A stretch of DNA of 63,181 nt, the filler included, from Rhabdomonas costata (lineage: Eukaryota), in NCBI GenBank assembly GCA_019059605.1. It is 57 parts of 57 records of this genome, joined end to end, with 100 filler letters (N's around TTAATTAATTAA, not from the genome) between each part and the next. Parts side by side here need not be neighbours in the genome. Positions count along the whole stretch, not along the records: positions 1 to 1,011 come from JAHMHO010033716.1; positions 1,112 to 2,119 come from JAHMHO010033717.1; positions 2,220 to 3,230 come from JAHMHO010033718.1; positions 3,331 to 4,341 come from JAHMHO010033719.1; positions 4,442 to 5,452 come from JAHMHO010033720.1; positions 5,553 to 6,562 come from JAHMHO010033721.1; positions 6,663 to 7,673 come from JAHMHO010033722.1; positions 7,774 to 8,784 come from JAHMHO010033723.1; 49 more parts are not named here. One strand, given 5' to 3'. Positions 1 to 13,228 of the stretch are shown here, one piece after another. Below the pieces are notes generated by a model, which was not told the origin of the DNA, searched no databases, and saw nothing but the letters and a program-made list of their open reading frames with translations. How positions within the stretch are numbered: position 1 is the first letter of the stretch; every line of letters begins with the position of its first letter. Made by a program: the position numbers and the translations under genes.

Positions 1-1011
1 CATATTATATATAAAGTTAGATGGAGTTCCGAATCTGTGATTCCTTGGTCTATGACGCTCTTGCAGGGCCCTCAAGAAGCACACGCTTGAGCTGCTTTGG
101 AGCCGCCGTCGCGTGCAGTACCACCTGGCATGCCGGGAGTTCAAGCAGACCAAGGGGCAACTCGCCGAAATCAATGCTCAGGCATCTCCTCCCTTGGACC
201 AGCCCCATGCCGGTTTTGTAGGCTTTCCTTGACTGTTGAAGACACTTGTTTGGATCGCTTTAGTGTGTGTCCATTGATGCCCCTCAGTTGGCCCCGTGGC
301 ACCTTCCCTGAAAGAGGTCAGCACTGCTGCAGTTTGCTCGATCCCGCTTACCATGCCTTGGCGCGGATTGTACGTGAGAAATATTTTTTTTCGTTCACCG
401 TGGCGAGCAGTGGGTCGTTAACATCCGTCCGTCGTGTTTAAAGTTGCATGGAGCCAGAATCTCAACCAAAACCTGTCCGGTTACGATCCCTCTCGCACAG
501 CTTTACATGCAGGGACTTCCGAAAGAATCGCTTCCGCGGCACAATTCTTTCACCCTCACGACTCCATTCCATGTCACAAATGGCCTCAAGGCGTTTATTG
601 AAAAAGAACGCGCAACGCATCCTGCTGCCTTGTTCACAATGTCCACAATGCGAGTAACGAGGCCCTGTGTGGGACATCTATTCTGGTTTCCGTTTACTAG
701 TATAATGGTTATCCCTCTTTCGTTTCGTTTCCCATCCCTACCTCGAAGCAAAAAGCAAGTATGCGCGCTCTGCAGGAGAAGACCCTGGTGGACCTGGGCG
801 TCGGCGGCGAGGCTTTGAAGGCATCCTTGGAGGGCTTGCGGGAGCGCCGCCGGGTGCTGCTTGTCCGGCAGGAGCCCACCTTCAGCTTTGGTGAGGAACA
901 TCCCCTGCACGCACAGCTCACTCAGCAATGTGCTACGTTCGCTTACCGCTTATGTGAGTGACGCTCAGAACAGCAAATTTGGGAATGAAGTCTTGTAGGG
1001 ATGTCGCACGC

Positions 1012-1111
1012 NNNNNNNNNNNNNNNNNNNNNNNNNNNNNNNNNNNNNNNNNNNNTTAATTAATTAANNNNNNNNNNNNNNNNNNNNNNNNNNNNNNNNN
1101 NNNNNNNNNNN
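1012..1111. other. Artificial contig-joining spacer, first of 56 identical copies
   Basis: N44-TTAATTAATTAA-N44 recurs about every 1110 nt; the 12-mer gives stops in all six frames; flanking sequences are unrelated. Confidence 0.98.
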
Positions 1112-1125
1112 GGTGGGGTGTCGCA

Positions 1126-1126
<1 letters not shown>

Positions 1127-1163
<37 letters not shown>
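1127..1163. repeat. (AC)n microsatellite
   Basis: Uninterrupted AC dinucleotide run. Confidence 0.9.
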
Positions 1164-1165
<2 letters not shown>

Positions 1166-3400
1166 GCTCCGCGGAGGTAGGCCGGGGTGAGCTGCGTTTT
1201 GGGCTCGCGGCGTAGCACGCCGCGGGCCACCCCACTCAGGAACCTTCGCGTCCACCGCCGCGCCCGCCTCACCCGTACCCTCCGCCACAGCGCCAGCACA
1301 AAGCTGCGCAGCAGGCTGCCCATCCGCCGCTGCCGTGGCGCGTCCCACCACTCCTTCGCTCCCACCAGCGCCACCAGCACATGCCACACTGCGCATCGCT
1401 TGGCTTCCATTATAACCCCTGCACAACACACACGCAGCCGCAGATGTACATGCACACACGTGCACATGCCAATGCTGCTGGGGAGGTCTTTTCTGCCTCC
1501 ACGGGCTTATCGGTGCCTCAACACATCAGCCTTCCTTCTTCCTAAGCCCGCTCCCGTCGTGTTGTGGCTGGGCAGTACCTGCCTCTCATTTGGCATTCCC
1601 TTTCTTTCTCCTTTTAACTTTCGTCTTTCAGTGAGATAGAGCTGCTCTAATATTGTTCCTTGGGGCCTTGAGTCATTTGCTATTGACGCACATCGACCTA
1701 TTTTTTTTTTGAAAGCCTTCATTTGGTGGACACCTGACGGACCCTGGACCCTGGACCCGGACCCGTTTGGTAAAGTCATGTCATTTCGGGACATGGGATT
1801 CAATGGCAGTGCCCTCACTCCTCTCGCCTCTCACAAGTCGCTCAAAGCAACTCACCAGCGCGGCTTCGGCGGAGTTCTCTCTCGACGTCCCGTAGGTCGT
1901 CACGCTGCTGGATCCTACGAAGCAAAACCCCCAGGAGAGAACCAGGACCCCCTTCACCCCTCACAACTGTCCAGAATCCTCCACTCCGCTCTGTTACCAG
2001 ACGTTCGGTATATCTTCCCGACCCACAATGACACTGCAGAACGTTTTACACAGACAAAAAATGCGGTACGGAAAATCGAAAGAGCTCTCCCTCTTAGATC
2101 ACTTCATCACCACAAAACCNNNNNNNNNNNNNNNNNNNNNNNNNNNNNNNNNNNNNNNNNNNNTTAATTAATTAANNNNNNNNNNNNNNNNNNNNNNNNN
2201 NNNNNNNNNNNNNNNNNNNGGGTATAGCGTAGGGTAAAGCGTAGTAGGGTAGAGCGTAGGTGTTGTAGGTGGTGGGGTTGTGTGCTTGTTGGCTTTGTTG
2301 GGTTCACGTTGGTGGCACTGTTGTTGGGGTTGGCGTGGGTGGTGTCGGTGCTGGTGTCGGTGTCCCTGTTGGCGATGATGTTGGTGTGTGTGGGCTGGGT
2401 CTGTGGCGTAAGATGGTGGTGTGTGGTTGGAGTCACGTGGGTGGTTGGGGTGTTCGTGGTGACGGTTGTGACGTCACATGACCCTACGTTCCAGTTGACA
2501 CACACCATGGTTGCTATGTGTGCAGGCCCAACCTAGGGGCTCAGTTACCCTGGTTGTAGGTGTGTACGCATGGTACCGGTACCTAGTGGTTGTAGTCGAC
2601 ATGGCGTTAGGGGTAGCGTAGTGGCACCCACCACTCCTACCACCTGAACCACCACTCCAACCCACGGTGATGTCATGAGGCAGGGTCGGTACCAGCCATG
2701 GTTCTCCCATCCCCCTACATGGGTGATAATGGCGTAACAACCACGAAACCCAACACGTAGAGGGGAGAATGTTGTCATGGCCGCTCCCTCCTTGTTGTGA
2801 TGCTGTGCCAGGAGGAACAGGGCATGGTTGATGCCAGCGGGTGAGGAATGCCACCTCCACCGCTGATGTCACCACCCTGAGGCAAGAACCCCACTGTGAG
2901 GGAAGATGCCAAAGTGGTGATGCTGCCACCACACCCTGAACGCTGAGTACAGTGGGGACTCTACTTCCTTCTAAGGGTAAGAAGTGTAAGAGAGGAAGAA
3001 TGATGTTGGTGGAGGGAGCGCAGTGACCGACCAAGCAAGAAGTGAAGAGAGAAAGCGTAAACCATGATGATTACTCCGCTACGCTTCTACGCTGAAATAC
3101 CCACTAAGATGAGAGGATGATGGCATTCCTATTGCAGATGCCTTCCAACAACATGATAGGGTTGCAACCGCATAGTTGGGTACAGTCTGGGATTTGACAG
3201 CACTCAAATTGTCCAATGGTCCACAAACACNNNNNNNNNNNNNNNNNNNNNNNNNNNNNNNNNNNNNNNNNNNNTTAATTAATTAANNNNNNNNNNNNNN
3301 NNNNNNNNNNNNNNNNNNNNNNNNNNNNNNTGTTAGCGCATACAGAGAGAAGAGGGAGTTGGCGAGAGAGCGCGCGAAGCCCGGAGTGTGCTCATCACAG

Positions 3401-3578
3401 ATATACTGCGGACATCGAGCTGGAAGATGCGATCCACACCGCTCTCTTGACGCTCAAGGAGGGTTTTGACGGGAAGATGGGCAGCGAGAACATAGAGCTG
3501 GGCGTGGTTACCGACAAGGGCCAGTTCAAGGTGTTGACCCCTGCCGAGGTGAAGGACTACCTCGATGAAGTGCTGTAG
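3401..3578 (+). CDS. PSMA2: Terminal exon of 20S proteasome subunit alpha-2
   Basis: After acceptor gctcatcacAG the frame reads [58 protein letters not shown], matching the alpha-2 C-terminal signature ([16 protein letters not shown]); not in the ORF track. Confidence 0.9.
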
Positions 3579-6500
3579 GATACTGCGGTTACTCAGGTTA
3601 CCTCCCCATGTAACCTCCCCATGGGGGCCTCCTGCCCGGTTGGCAGGGGTGTCCTCGCCATCTCGACTGTGTCGTGTTGCTCTTCTTATCCCCTTCTTTT
3701 TCCAGTGCTGCCCTATCGACAATGCAACTGAACCTTCGGTTCTGCGGACAATGCTGTGTTTTCTTGCGTATTCTTAAAATGCAAGGTCGGGAGGTGGTGA
3801 TACACAATAAGAAAACGTGCATACCGTCATGTTTACGATGGCTGAAACCGGTTTCTGATTGATCACAGATACCTCTCAATCCAGATAAACTCTGAACGCA
3901 CACTGCACATGAATGTGTTTGCGACTGTATAACACTGTAGTGAGGCAGATTGCGCCTGTTTCGCAACAAGGCCGTTCCCTTTTTCACTTAATTTTTTCAC
4001 CTAATTCCAAATCCCATCTCCTCCAATTTTTTATCTCCTCCGATCGATTGAAAATCAGCTTCCTTCTCTGTATATACGACGTGCACAACTGTCGCGTGTC
4101 AACTTCGCAACGGCCCAATTTATCCAGAAAATCAACATGCCCGCAAAGGCAGTTTCCCGGACCACCCAATTCACCGAACCGCAAGCAACCCTGTTGTTTT
4201 CTCAGCTGCTCTACATAGCCCCACTCTTTTGAACAATGTGCGAACTTAAATACTATCCCGGTCTCATTTTCTTTTCTTTTCTACTGCTTGCAACCGCTCC
4301 AATAACGGCAAGTATGCCCACGGTGACACCGACCACAACCCNNNNNNNNNNNNNNNNNNNNNNNNNNNNNNNNNNNNNNNNNNNNTTAATTAATTAANNN
4401 NNNNNNNNNNNNNNNNNNNNNNNNNNNNNNNNNNNNNNNNNTGTTCGTGGTAGAACTCGATGGGGGAACGTGCGTATCCACCGACACAAACTGACTCACT
4501 CACTCACTCACTCACTCATGTTGGAATGAGTTGTTGCTATGAAAGCACAATTGTCGGACGAGGTAGGATTTACGGTGGTTGCCCAGGTTTTTATTGTGTG
4601 TCGGATCATATCATTCACGCAGACTCTCTGTACTCTTCGAGGATTGTGAATGGCAGGCCTCTTCGTTCCGTTCTTAGGTGGGTATCCCCATGGCCCTTGT
4701 CAAGTACGTTGAGGCCTCGCACCAGAACTTGGAGTACTCGTACAAATAAGGGAAACGACCGGCCAAGGGCATTCCGTGCTCCCCTTGCTTCCCATCACGT
4801 GATGCTGTTCTTAGTGTTTTGCGCGTCATTGCTCGGTGCTGTCTACTTCTTCAGCCCAGGGTAATGAAACTGCAGAAACAAAGGGCGCTTATATCTTGTG
4901 TGCCTTTGCTCTGCGCCTTATCTGGAGGTTTTAGGAAACGCTTTCTCTTGTCGTTTCAACAAACTGTTTCCCTCAGAAAAGGTCCTGTTCTCAACGAACC
5001 GGTGAATGAACTTGCTTTTGAAGGCCACAATTTTCACTCGGTCCTTGCTCGCCAAAATCTCTGAGCATTTTGGATCATCGCTGTTTCTTTGCGTTGAAAG
5101 AACGTATTGTGCTGCCCGATTCCAGGTTATACGCAAGTATTAGTAAGTTTTCTTGCAATGTTCTTATGTGTGCCCCCGAGAAGGATTGCTGGAATATTGT
5201 CTTGGCCTAAACTCTCTTGCTGCCTGGCTGTTTGTGAACAGTGGAACCTATCCAGCTCCCACGAAACAAGCTGAGGTGTGGGCAAAGCGACCCATTGGAG
5301 ACAGCAAACGCGCGACCCATAATATTGCGACCGGTGTGTGGAAACCGGAAAACCGGTGTGTTTTTGCCCCGCTTACCCTCCGGGATCAACCCGCCCAAAC
5401 CCGGAAGCAGCCATTCCTTCTCTTTGGCCCCGTAGGCCCACCACAACCCCCCNNNNNNNNNNNNNNNNNNNNNNNNNNNNNNNNNNNNNNNNNNNNTTAA
5501 TTAATTAANNNNNNNNNNNNNNNNNNNNNNNNNNNNNNNNNNNNNNNNNNNNATTGGAAATGCTGGCCGCATCCCAGGAACAATTGTATTTTGGGGGGAG
5601 GAGGCATTAAACGTTTTGACGTTTGCAGATTTTTGGAATTGTCGTTGCATGGCATGGGAACCATAAGAAACGCGGTTCTTGAACACCAAAAACTAAACCG
5701 CAACTCGTAGGAGTGTAATCATTCTTTGGACCTCCACCCAACCGTTTTTTGTTTCTCTTCGCCCGGACTGACCTCCTGCTCCTCTGCCAGAGCTGGCTCG
5801 GGGTCCCCGTGTTCCCCTCCATGGAAGGTGCCTTTTGCCTGCGGCGCCCAGAGAGACACCCACAGGAACCACATGAATATAAACTATTTTCCCCAGAGCT
5901 TTCCTGGACCATGCAGTAAAAAGCCGTCGAAGCCCCGCCCCCCTCCCCCCCCACAAAAAAAAAAATTCGAGAAACAGGAAGGCCCTTGGCCAAGGGTCTG
6001 TTGCGCTGTTGCCCCGCTCTCTGGGGCCGAGTCTCTGCAGGTCTGGTGGCAGTGGTTGGGCGCCAACTTGGGTGGGCAGTGTTGGATTCCATTCCTTGTG
6101 AATACTAGAACGTAGACTAGATGTGTGTTTGTGTAGAGATTACCTCCGCCCACATCTTCGCCGTGTGTGCTCGGTCCCCAGACACTGCTTACTTTTGCAC
6201 ACTTCATCGAAGCACTCGGCTAGGCGTGTGTTTCTGCTGCCAACCCGATTATGACTCATACCTCTAATCGGTGTCGCTTCTTGCCGTTTTCCTCTGCTTT
6301 ACTCGCCCCGCCGTCCCTGCCGTTGCCCTCTTGTGCAACCAGAACTGTTGTGAAGCAGTGCCGTGATTTCCCCTTTTGAAAAAAATTTACGCACCTTGCA
6401 TCCCATCTCAAGCGCAATCCAGGGTGTTTTCCATCCCAAATCGTGGCCGAGGGCGAACGCGCTGATTAAAGAGAGCGGGAGAACCACCCTGACCCAAAAC

Positions 6501-7825
6501 ACAAAGCCCTTGCGAATCTTTATCAATGTATAAGAATTGCACTCAGCTGCTTCAAACACAACNNNNNNNNNNNNNNNNNNNNNNNNNNNNNNNNNNNNNN
6601 NNNNNNTTAATTAATTAANNNNNNNNNNNNNNNNNNNNNNNNNNNNNNNNNNNNNNNNNNNNGTGGTTTTTTTTTTTGCGTGTCCTTGCGGCTCTGTTCT
6701 TTTCTCGTGCACAGCTCTGTTTCTTGGACCTTCTCGTGAGAGCAGCGTGTGCCCACCGTATCACTGCAAAAGAGCCACAATGCGCGCCGCCCGTGCCCTG
6801 CTTGTTAGCTTCGACCGGCCCTTCTTGCTGGTCCAGGCCAAGGGCAACAAGTGGGCCCCCGCAGGGTGGGCCCCGTTCTGGAAGTGCAGCTCGCCAAGCA
6901 TCAACTACATCCGCGTGAACTGCATCGCCCCAGACACCGACGGCAGCTGGATGCGCACCATGTGGAAGGCCGCCCGTGCTGTGGACGCCAAGGTATGTGC
7001 AGCTTTCGAGCTTTTGCGTGGGTGGACGGTTCCCGTGGCCTGCCTTCCTGCGCCTTCTCGCTTTTAGTGCTGAGCTGTCTTCCGATTTGGGGATTGGGGA
7101 CTGCATTGGAGGATTCTTTTTATTTCGCTTGCGGTTCTGTGTTTTTTTATCAGGGAGCCGCCGCGCTGACCGGGTAACTGCCCACGGCGTTCTTTCGTTC
7201 GCCTTCTTTTTCTGGTTATTATGGAAGCCGTATGCGTGCTCCCGTTTTTGGGTACTTGGCTGTTGCGGTTGGGAGAATTGTGGAGGGAGGGGAGGGGGCG
7301 TTTAACGTTTAGCAGTGCTAAACGTCGAGGCCAGGGTTCCCAGGAGACGGCAATACAAAAAGGATTTTGGGCATATGTCACGATACTGCACCCCTCCCCC
7401 CCCAAAAAAAATGGGGTTAGGTATACTGTGGGTACTTGGCTGTTGTGGTTTGGTACTTGGCTTGCCCGTACCCTTCCTCTTGGTCTCAGCTGTTCCCCTG
7501 TACCCCGCAAAATAATGGTCGATGGCATTAGACAGAATTTTCAGGCAGGTTTTTCAATGGACGACGAAGTATTGCGGTTGCGTCACTTTGGATTCCGTTT
7601 CGATCGACCCTCCTGTCTGCTAATCGCCTGGGTCCCTCGTTGATCCTTCGATGAAGAGCATGGCACAAAGCAANNNNNNNNNNNNNNNNNNNNNNNNNNN
7701 NNNNNNNNNNNNNNNNNTTAATTAATTAANNNNNNNNNNNNNNNNNNNNNNNNNNNNNNNNNNNNNNNNNNNNTGGGTGGATGACTCCTTTTCTTCCTCT
7801 TTCGAAAAAATCCCACGTTTTTCAG

Positions 7826-8301
7826 GGTGTATATGGGCATGCGAGAGGACAATGGGGAGTTTCTCGCGGTAAAGGAGATCCTCCTTCATGATCTTGGGGA
7901 CCACACCAAGACCAAGCTTGCGGTGTGCCCGTTGGCTCTTCCTCGGTGCTCGGGAGCGGATCTATTGGAAATACTGACAATCCTCTGGTGGCCACTTATG
8001 AAGCGATTTTAGAGAAGCAGCCCAGGATGTCCGAAACATAGATAGCTGATAGCTGGCTCCGATGATGCAGCCTATACACGACAGTCATCTGCGCTTTGGT
8101 TTCAAATGCTGTGTTTGAAGGATCCTTAAAAAAATTGCCCAGCCACTTTGGAGATTGCGAAGAATTTACAAATATAGTCTTTCTTCGCTGCGCGGCAGAG
8201 CCTGATCAGCGAGATTCAGATCATGAGGCCACTCCGCCACCCCAATATCGTCCGCTACTTCGGCACTCGGCTGGTCAACAAGACGCTGAACATTTATATG
8301 G
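7826..8301 (+). CDS. Two exons (7826-7922, 8199-8301) of a STE11/MAPKKK-like Ser/Thr kinase, subdomains I-V
   Basis: VYMGMREDNGEFLAVKEI... spliced in phase across a GT-AG intron to SLISEIQIMRPLRHPNIVRYFG...LNIYM; AVK lysine, helix-C Glu and HPNIV motifs present. Confidence 0.88.
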
Positions 8302-11300
8302 GTTATCCCCCGTTTGTTTTCCCACTTTCCTCTGCTCGCATCTCTGAAGAGGAGTGCTTCGGTAGGATTTTACACTCTACATGTACCTCGGTTTCTGGTA
8401 AGATAAATCCTCCGCTGCGTTGGGGAAAGAAGCGGCACAAGATAAAAAAATAGGAAGAGTTTCGGGAGGCCCACTGTACATCGAAGAGACCGTGGGTCTG
8501 CTTCGGCTTTGCCCTCAAAACTAAACAACCCTCCAGTGGAAAAACAACCGGCAGGACTTTTTATTTAGAAAATTTATAAAGGAGTTTCAGTAAGCTACTT
8601 GAAACGCTGCCGGGGCAGCGGGATTATCGAAAGCGGCAAACATGGTTAGCGCTGCCAAACCGGTGCCGGATTTTTGTTTCTCCCTCCCAGATTTTTTTCT
8701 CCTTCCGCCAGATCCTTCCACCCTAGCAGGGACGGGATGCCCCCCTGTTTGGGATGATTACTTAGTGTAATCATCCCAAACACCNNNNNNNNNNNNNNNN
8801 NNNNNNNNNNNNNNNNNNNNNNNNNNNNTTAATTAATTAANNNNNNNNNNNNNNNNNNNNNNNNNNNNNNNNNNNNNNNNNNNNGCAGGAAACGGTGAAG
8901 GTGACGAATGAGACGACGATGACTCGATAAGGATGCGGTCCGATGCTTGATCACGTACGGTCGAAACGATCATTGTAGCTACATTACACTCATACACGAT
9001 GACAACAACGACGATGCTCACGAGGTCAGTAACCCATGGACGCATGAGGTGAAGTTGAACCAAGGCGCTCGATCCGCGATGTAACTCAGCGATGCTGGAA
9101 CCACGTGTTAGGCTGACCATACATAGGCGTAGGAGCAGCAATGAGATACCTGGCGTATCTGGGCGTCAGATGAAAGACCTAGTGATGGATGCTAGACTAT
9201 AGCGTACACCAGCCCCATGACGAGGTTAGGCGTAAGGTGATCGGTGATGCAACGTCACTCAAACCCTACAGCTGCACCCGATCATGGTGTGGGAGGTGAG
9301 CTGACTGTCTACCCTGGGTCATACTGGGCACTGGATGTCAGCCTCTCATAGTCTGGCGCTCGCATGGTACGAGGTGAAGGATTCGACCATGTGTTAGGTG
9401 ACCGTACGCAGTGGGCTAAGGCTACTGTTGTATGCACTCCACACTACACGCTTAGGCTACACACCTTTAGCGTTACGTTGTTGGAAGGTAAGACATACGC
9501 GTAGAACAACCACCTTACGGATGCACTGTTGAGTGGAGGGTTAGCATGCACCTACCATCACAGTGCTGACCGTACCCTGCATCAGGAGGAGTATCAAGGT
9601 GACACGTTACGCACTGCACCCTCCGTTGATGGTAGGACCGGGTGTAAGGGTTACAGGGTAAGGGATGAGCGTCAAGGCCCCGCAGGGTGACAGTGCCGAT
9701 CCCAAGCTGAGGGCCATGACAAATATGCTGCATTTTTTCAACCCAACACAACCCTTACGCACCAACCACCACCTTGATGCATGGGTACAGAGTGGCTACG
9801 TGAGAAGGAAGGGTGTAACGCTGCATGCCTCGATGCCTGTAACAGGGTGGCCGCTGCAGAACCCACTCCACGATGCTGAACCCACCCCACACCACGNNNN
9901 NNNNNNNNNNNNNNNNNNNNNNNNNNNNNNNNNNNNNNNNTTAATTAATTAANNNNNNNNNNNNNNNNNNNNNNNNNNNNNNNNNNNNNNNNNNNNTGTG
10001 TGTTTCCCTTACCTATATTTCTAATCTTCGTGTACTTCTCCATTCGCTTCAAGGAAGCCTTGACTTTGCACAAACAAAAATTAAAAAAAGGAAAAGACAA
10101 CAGACATCATTTATATCACATATCCATATTCCGGAATTCTGATGTTTTGTAAAGTTTGCAACAATGCAACATTTGCAACAGAAAATATACCTTCCGAATG
10201 AAAGTGTCTTGTTCCAGATGAAAGGGAACCTTTAATTCCACAATGGGTTTCAGTTGGTATAAGGGGGGGGGGCAGGTATCTACTATAACCTACTACTGGC
10301 TGTATAACCCACCATTGTATTTAACTGTAATAAAGTTAGAAACCCAGCTTTCGCGCGAAGCTTTAGACAACATTTTACTTGAATCCCAACACTGACCCAT
10401 GAGGGAAATGGGGACAAAGATGCAGAATCATTGGCCTGTTTTTTAGGATCCTTTTCATTTTGATTTTTTGTGGTTTTGTTAAAATGAATACAATTCTTTA
10501 TGTTCAAAAGGAGTCACGCATCGCACAGAGAGGCAAAAGGCGAAGCAATAATGTACACAGGCCCGCCTACCCCCTTCCATCATTTGCTACCTTGCGATAT
10601 CCACGTTCTTCCCCTTGTCTTCGGGTACATTTGTTGCCTTTGCCACCTTTAGAATCACACCATATATACAGAACGTGTTCTTCGCATTTTTTTTAAAAAA
10701 AAATTTTCCTCACTTGAAATTTTCCATCATTTGATCGCCACGCATAATCCAACAAAGGCTTTTCCTTCGTTGCCAGTGTGCAAGTGCTGCGTGTCTAATA
10801 GGAAAGAAGACTGGTTGGACAAAGAAAGAGGAACACATGTTCTGTCCAGTAGTTTTGGACAACAGGGCCAAAACGTTGACAATATAAAACCTTGTTACAA
10901 ATTCAGAGCCAGCCATTCACAACCAACCTGGATGACACCAGCGCGCTGGCACGAATCAGAGTATTGTTCTGACTTCATCGCTTCGCGCCGCTTGGCGACC
11001 ACACCCCNNNNNNNNNNNNNNNNNNNNNNNNNNNNNNNNNNNNNNNNNNNNTTAATTAATTAANNNNNNNNNNNNNNNNNNNNNNNNNNNNNNNNNNNNN
11101 NNNNNNNCCCTGAGGCGCAGTTCAATGCCCTCGTCGCCTCCTGAGCGCACCACCGTGGTGCGGGTGGGTTTGAGTAGTGCAATGTTGGGTATTGGAGAGA
11201 TGGGCAAGCTCTCTGACCCACCTGCCAACCACTCGGACGTACAACGAGACTTTTCGGACTGGGTTTTTTCATTGCTTATTTTTGGCCAGAGGATTGGGGA

Positions 11301-11598
11301 AGGTTGTTTCAGACTGGGGGAGGGCCTTTATCAGTTGGCTGCTGCAACGTTTGCCCTTACCCATGTGTCTGCCCTCGAAGACAGATTCTCTCTCAGGGGA
11401 CATCCACATCGCCCTCCTTCCAAGCTGAAAGTAGAACCTGCAGCATTTCACAAGCAGACGAGCAGAAGTTGTCACAGGCACACAAGAATTCGTTTTCTTT
11501 CCGTTCTGCTGTTTTCGTTTCTGCTGCAGTATGATCTGGTTTTCTGTTTGAGGAACAGAGTGGATAAGTCCCCTCTCAGGATGTTCAGGCCTCCTTAG

Positions 11599-12118
11599 GA
11601 TACCTTGGTGTGCAGCTTTCGATTTCTGGAACGGCAGCACCAGCTTGATCTGCGGCTGGTGTGCCATCAGTTTCGGGCGCTGGTGGATGGCTTTCTTGCT
11701 CCGGAGTGGCACATTGCTCTCGAATTGATCCATCATGATAAAATTGACCCATCGGTGGCAGAAAGATTGCGTTGGAGTATCTGTCTGGCTTTCTTGGCTG
11801 GGGAGATTTCAGTTCACGGAGAGCCGCTTGTGGAGCGTATGCTCAGGGCTGCGGAATGCTGCTCGGCTGTCTTTCCCAACCTCACATCTTTGGACTTTGG
11901 GGGGAATCGTATTGGGGATTCTGGAGTGCAAAGGTTGGCCGCAGGGTCTTTTCCGAAGCTCACGTCGCTGGACCTGACCCTCAACTCGATTGGAGTCACG
12001 GGACTAATGACACTAGGAACCTCACCGTTCTCCAGTAATCTGAGTTCCTTGGTGTTGACCAGTAACATTCTTGGGGATGAGGGAGTCGCTGCTTTGGCGT
12101 CGTTTCCCAACCAACACA
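11599..12118 (+). CDS. F-box-like plus RNI-type leucine-rich-repeat protein, partial
   Basis: Repeats LTSLDFGGNRIGDSGV / LTSLDLTLNSIGVTGL / LSSLVLTSNILGDEGV; N-terminal DTLVCSFRFL...LRLVCHQFRALV resembles an F-box. Confidence 0.75.
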
Positions 12119-13051
12119 NNNNNNNNNNNNNNNNNNNNNNNNNNNNNNNNNNNNNNNNNNNNTTAATTAATTAANNNNNNNNNNNNNNNNNNNNNNNNNN
12201 NNNNNNNNNNNNNNNNNNGTTGGCTATGTCCCCCTGGGGCCCCGCCTGCAAAGAAGGCCCGCTCAATGGAAAGGGCCCCCTCCCCAGACCCTGGCGCTGT
12301 GATGCCCGCCGCCTACGAAGGTCCTTCCCAACCCTCGTTCTCATGAAAACATGCATGCACACACATACTCAGGCACACAGGTGGGCGGCAGCGTAAGTGG
12401 TCGTGACGGTCGTCATTCCAAGTATACTGTAAGAGACTATGCACGAGCTACCAGCCGGGGACTGACACCAGAATTCCTAGGAACGGTTCAGGCGGTGAGG
12501 CGACACCCGCGGTTTTCCCTTGACAGGGACTGAGAGCGAAGGGTGCGGCTAGCATCTTGGTTTCCGGCGATCGTTTGCTACGTTCAGGTTCAGAAGGCAG
12601 ATGTCCGCTTACAAAAGAAAAGAAAGTGCGCCACGTTCACGCATGTCTACGTTGTTCGCAAACACATGGGTAAGGAACTGCGAGGGACTGAGCAGCTCAG
12701 CATGAGCCAACGCATACTCTTGGCTGCAGCTTTGTGGGGATCAGCCCTCCCCTCCCCTCCTTCCTTCCCGAAGTCTAACTTCACGGACAAACTTCCAATT
12801 TGCTTCATTGTTGTGCTTATCGGATTTGAGTAACCAACTTGCGACAGGGTCGCTTTGTTGCTTGGTACATTCCTTTTTCGATTCGGTGCTGCCTGAGCAA
12901 CACGAAAGTCTCGTCTCCCCCCCCCCCCCCCCACTCACACAGTTTTGTTGTTTTGTTTCCTACGGACAACATGAGTTTTTTTTTGGGGGGGGATGAATGA
13001 TGGAGTTGAATGGGCATCATCGCCCTCCTCCTATGCGCTGCTCCTTCACAG

Positions 13052-13228
13052 GTGTTCCGGACATCCCAGCTTTCCCGGACCAGAGCCGGGTGCCAGGGCA
13101 GGCCCGGATCATCGACGGCAAGCGCGTGGCCGAGGTGATTCGGGCGGGGGTCCGCTCCGAAGTGCAGGCCAGGGTCAGCGCAGGGCTGCCGCCTCCCGGG
13201 CTGGCCGTGGTGCTGGTGGGCCAGGACC
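13052..13228 (+). CDS. folD: Exon encoding the N-terminus of methylenetetrahydrofolate dehydrogenase/cyclohydrolase
   Basis: [14 protein letters not shown]...[12 protein letters not shown] is the FolD N-terminal signature; preceded by a pyrimidine-rich CAG acceptor. Confidence 0.88.

Noticed and set aside
1-22. Minus-strand ATCTAACTTTATATATAAT resembling a Helitron 5' end
   Set aside because: Too short, at the window edge, with no 3' hairpin/CTRR or RepHel evidence
1056-1067. Regularly spaced identical TTAATTAATTAA as a CRISPR-like or biological repeat array
   Set aside because: Always embedded in N runs with a fixed 100-nt total; it is a six-frame-stop linker. ORFs ending in X...LIN or X...N are artefacts of it
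8746-8782. 16-bp perfect hairpin as a terminator or regulatory RNA
   Set aside because: Ends at the contig terminus like the other fold-back chimeras
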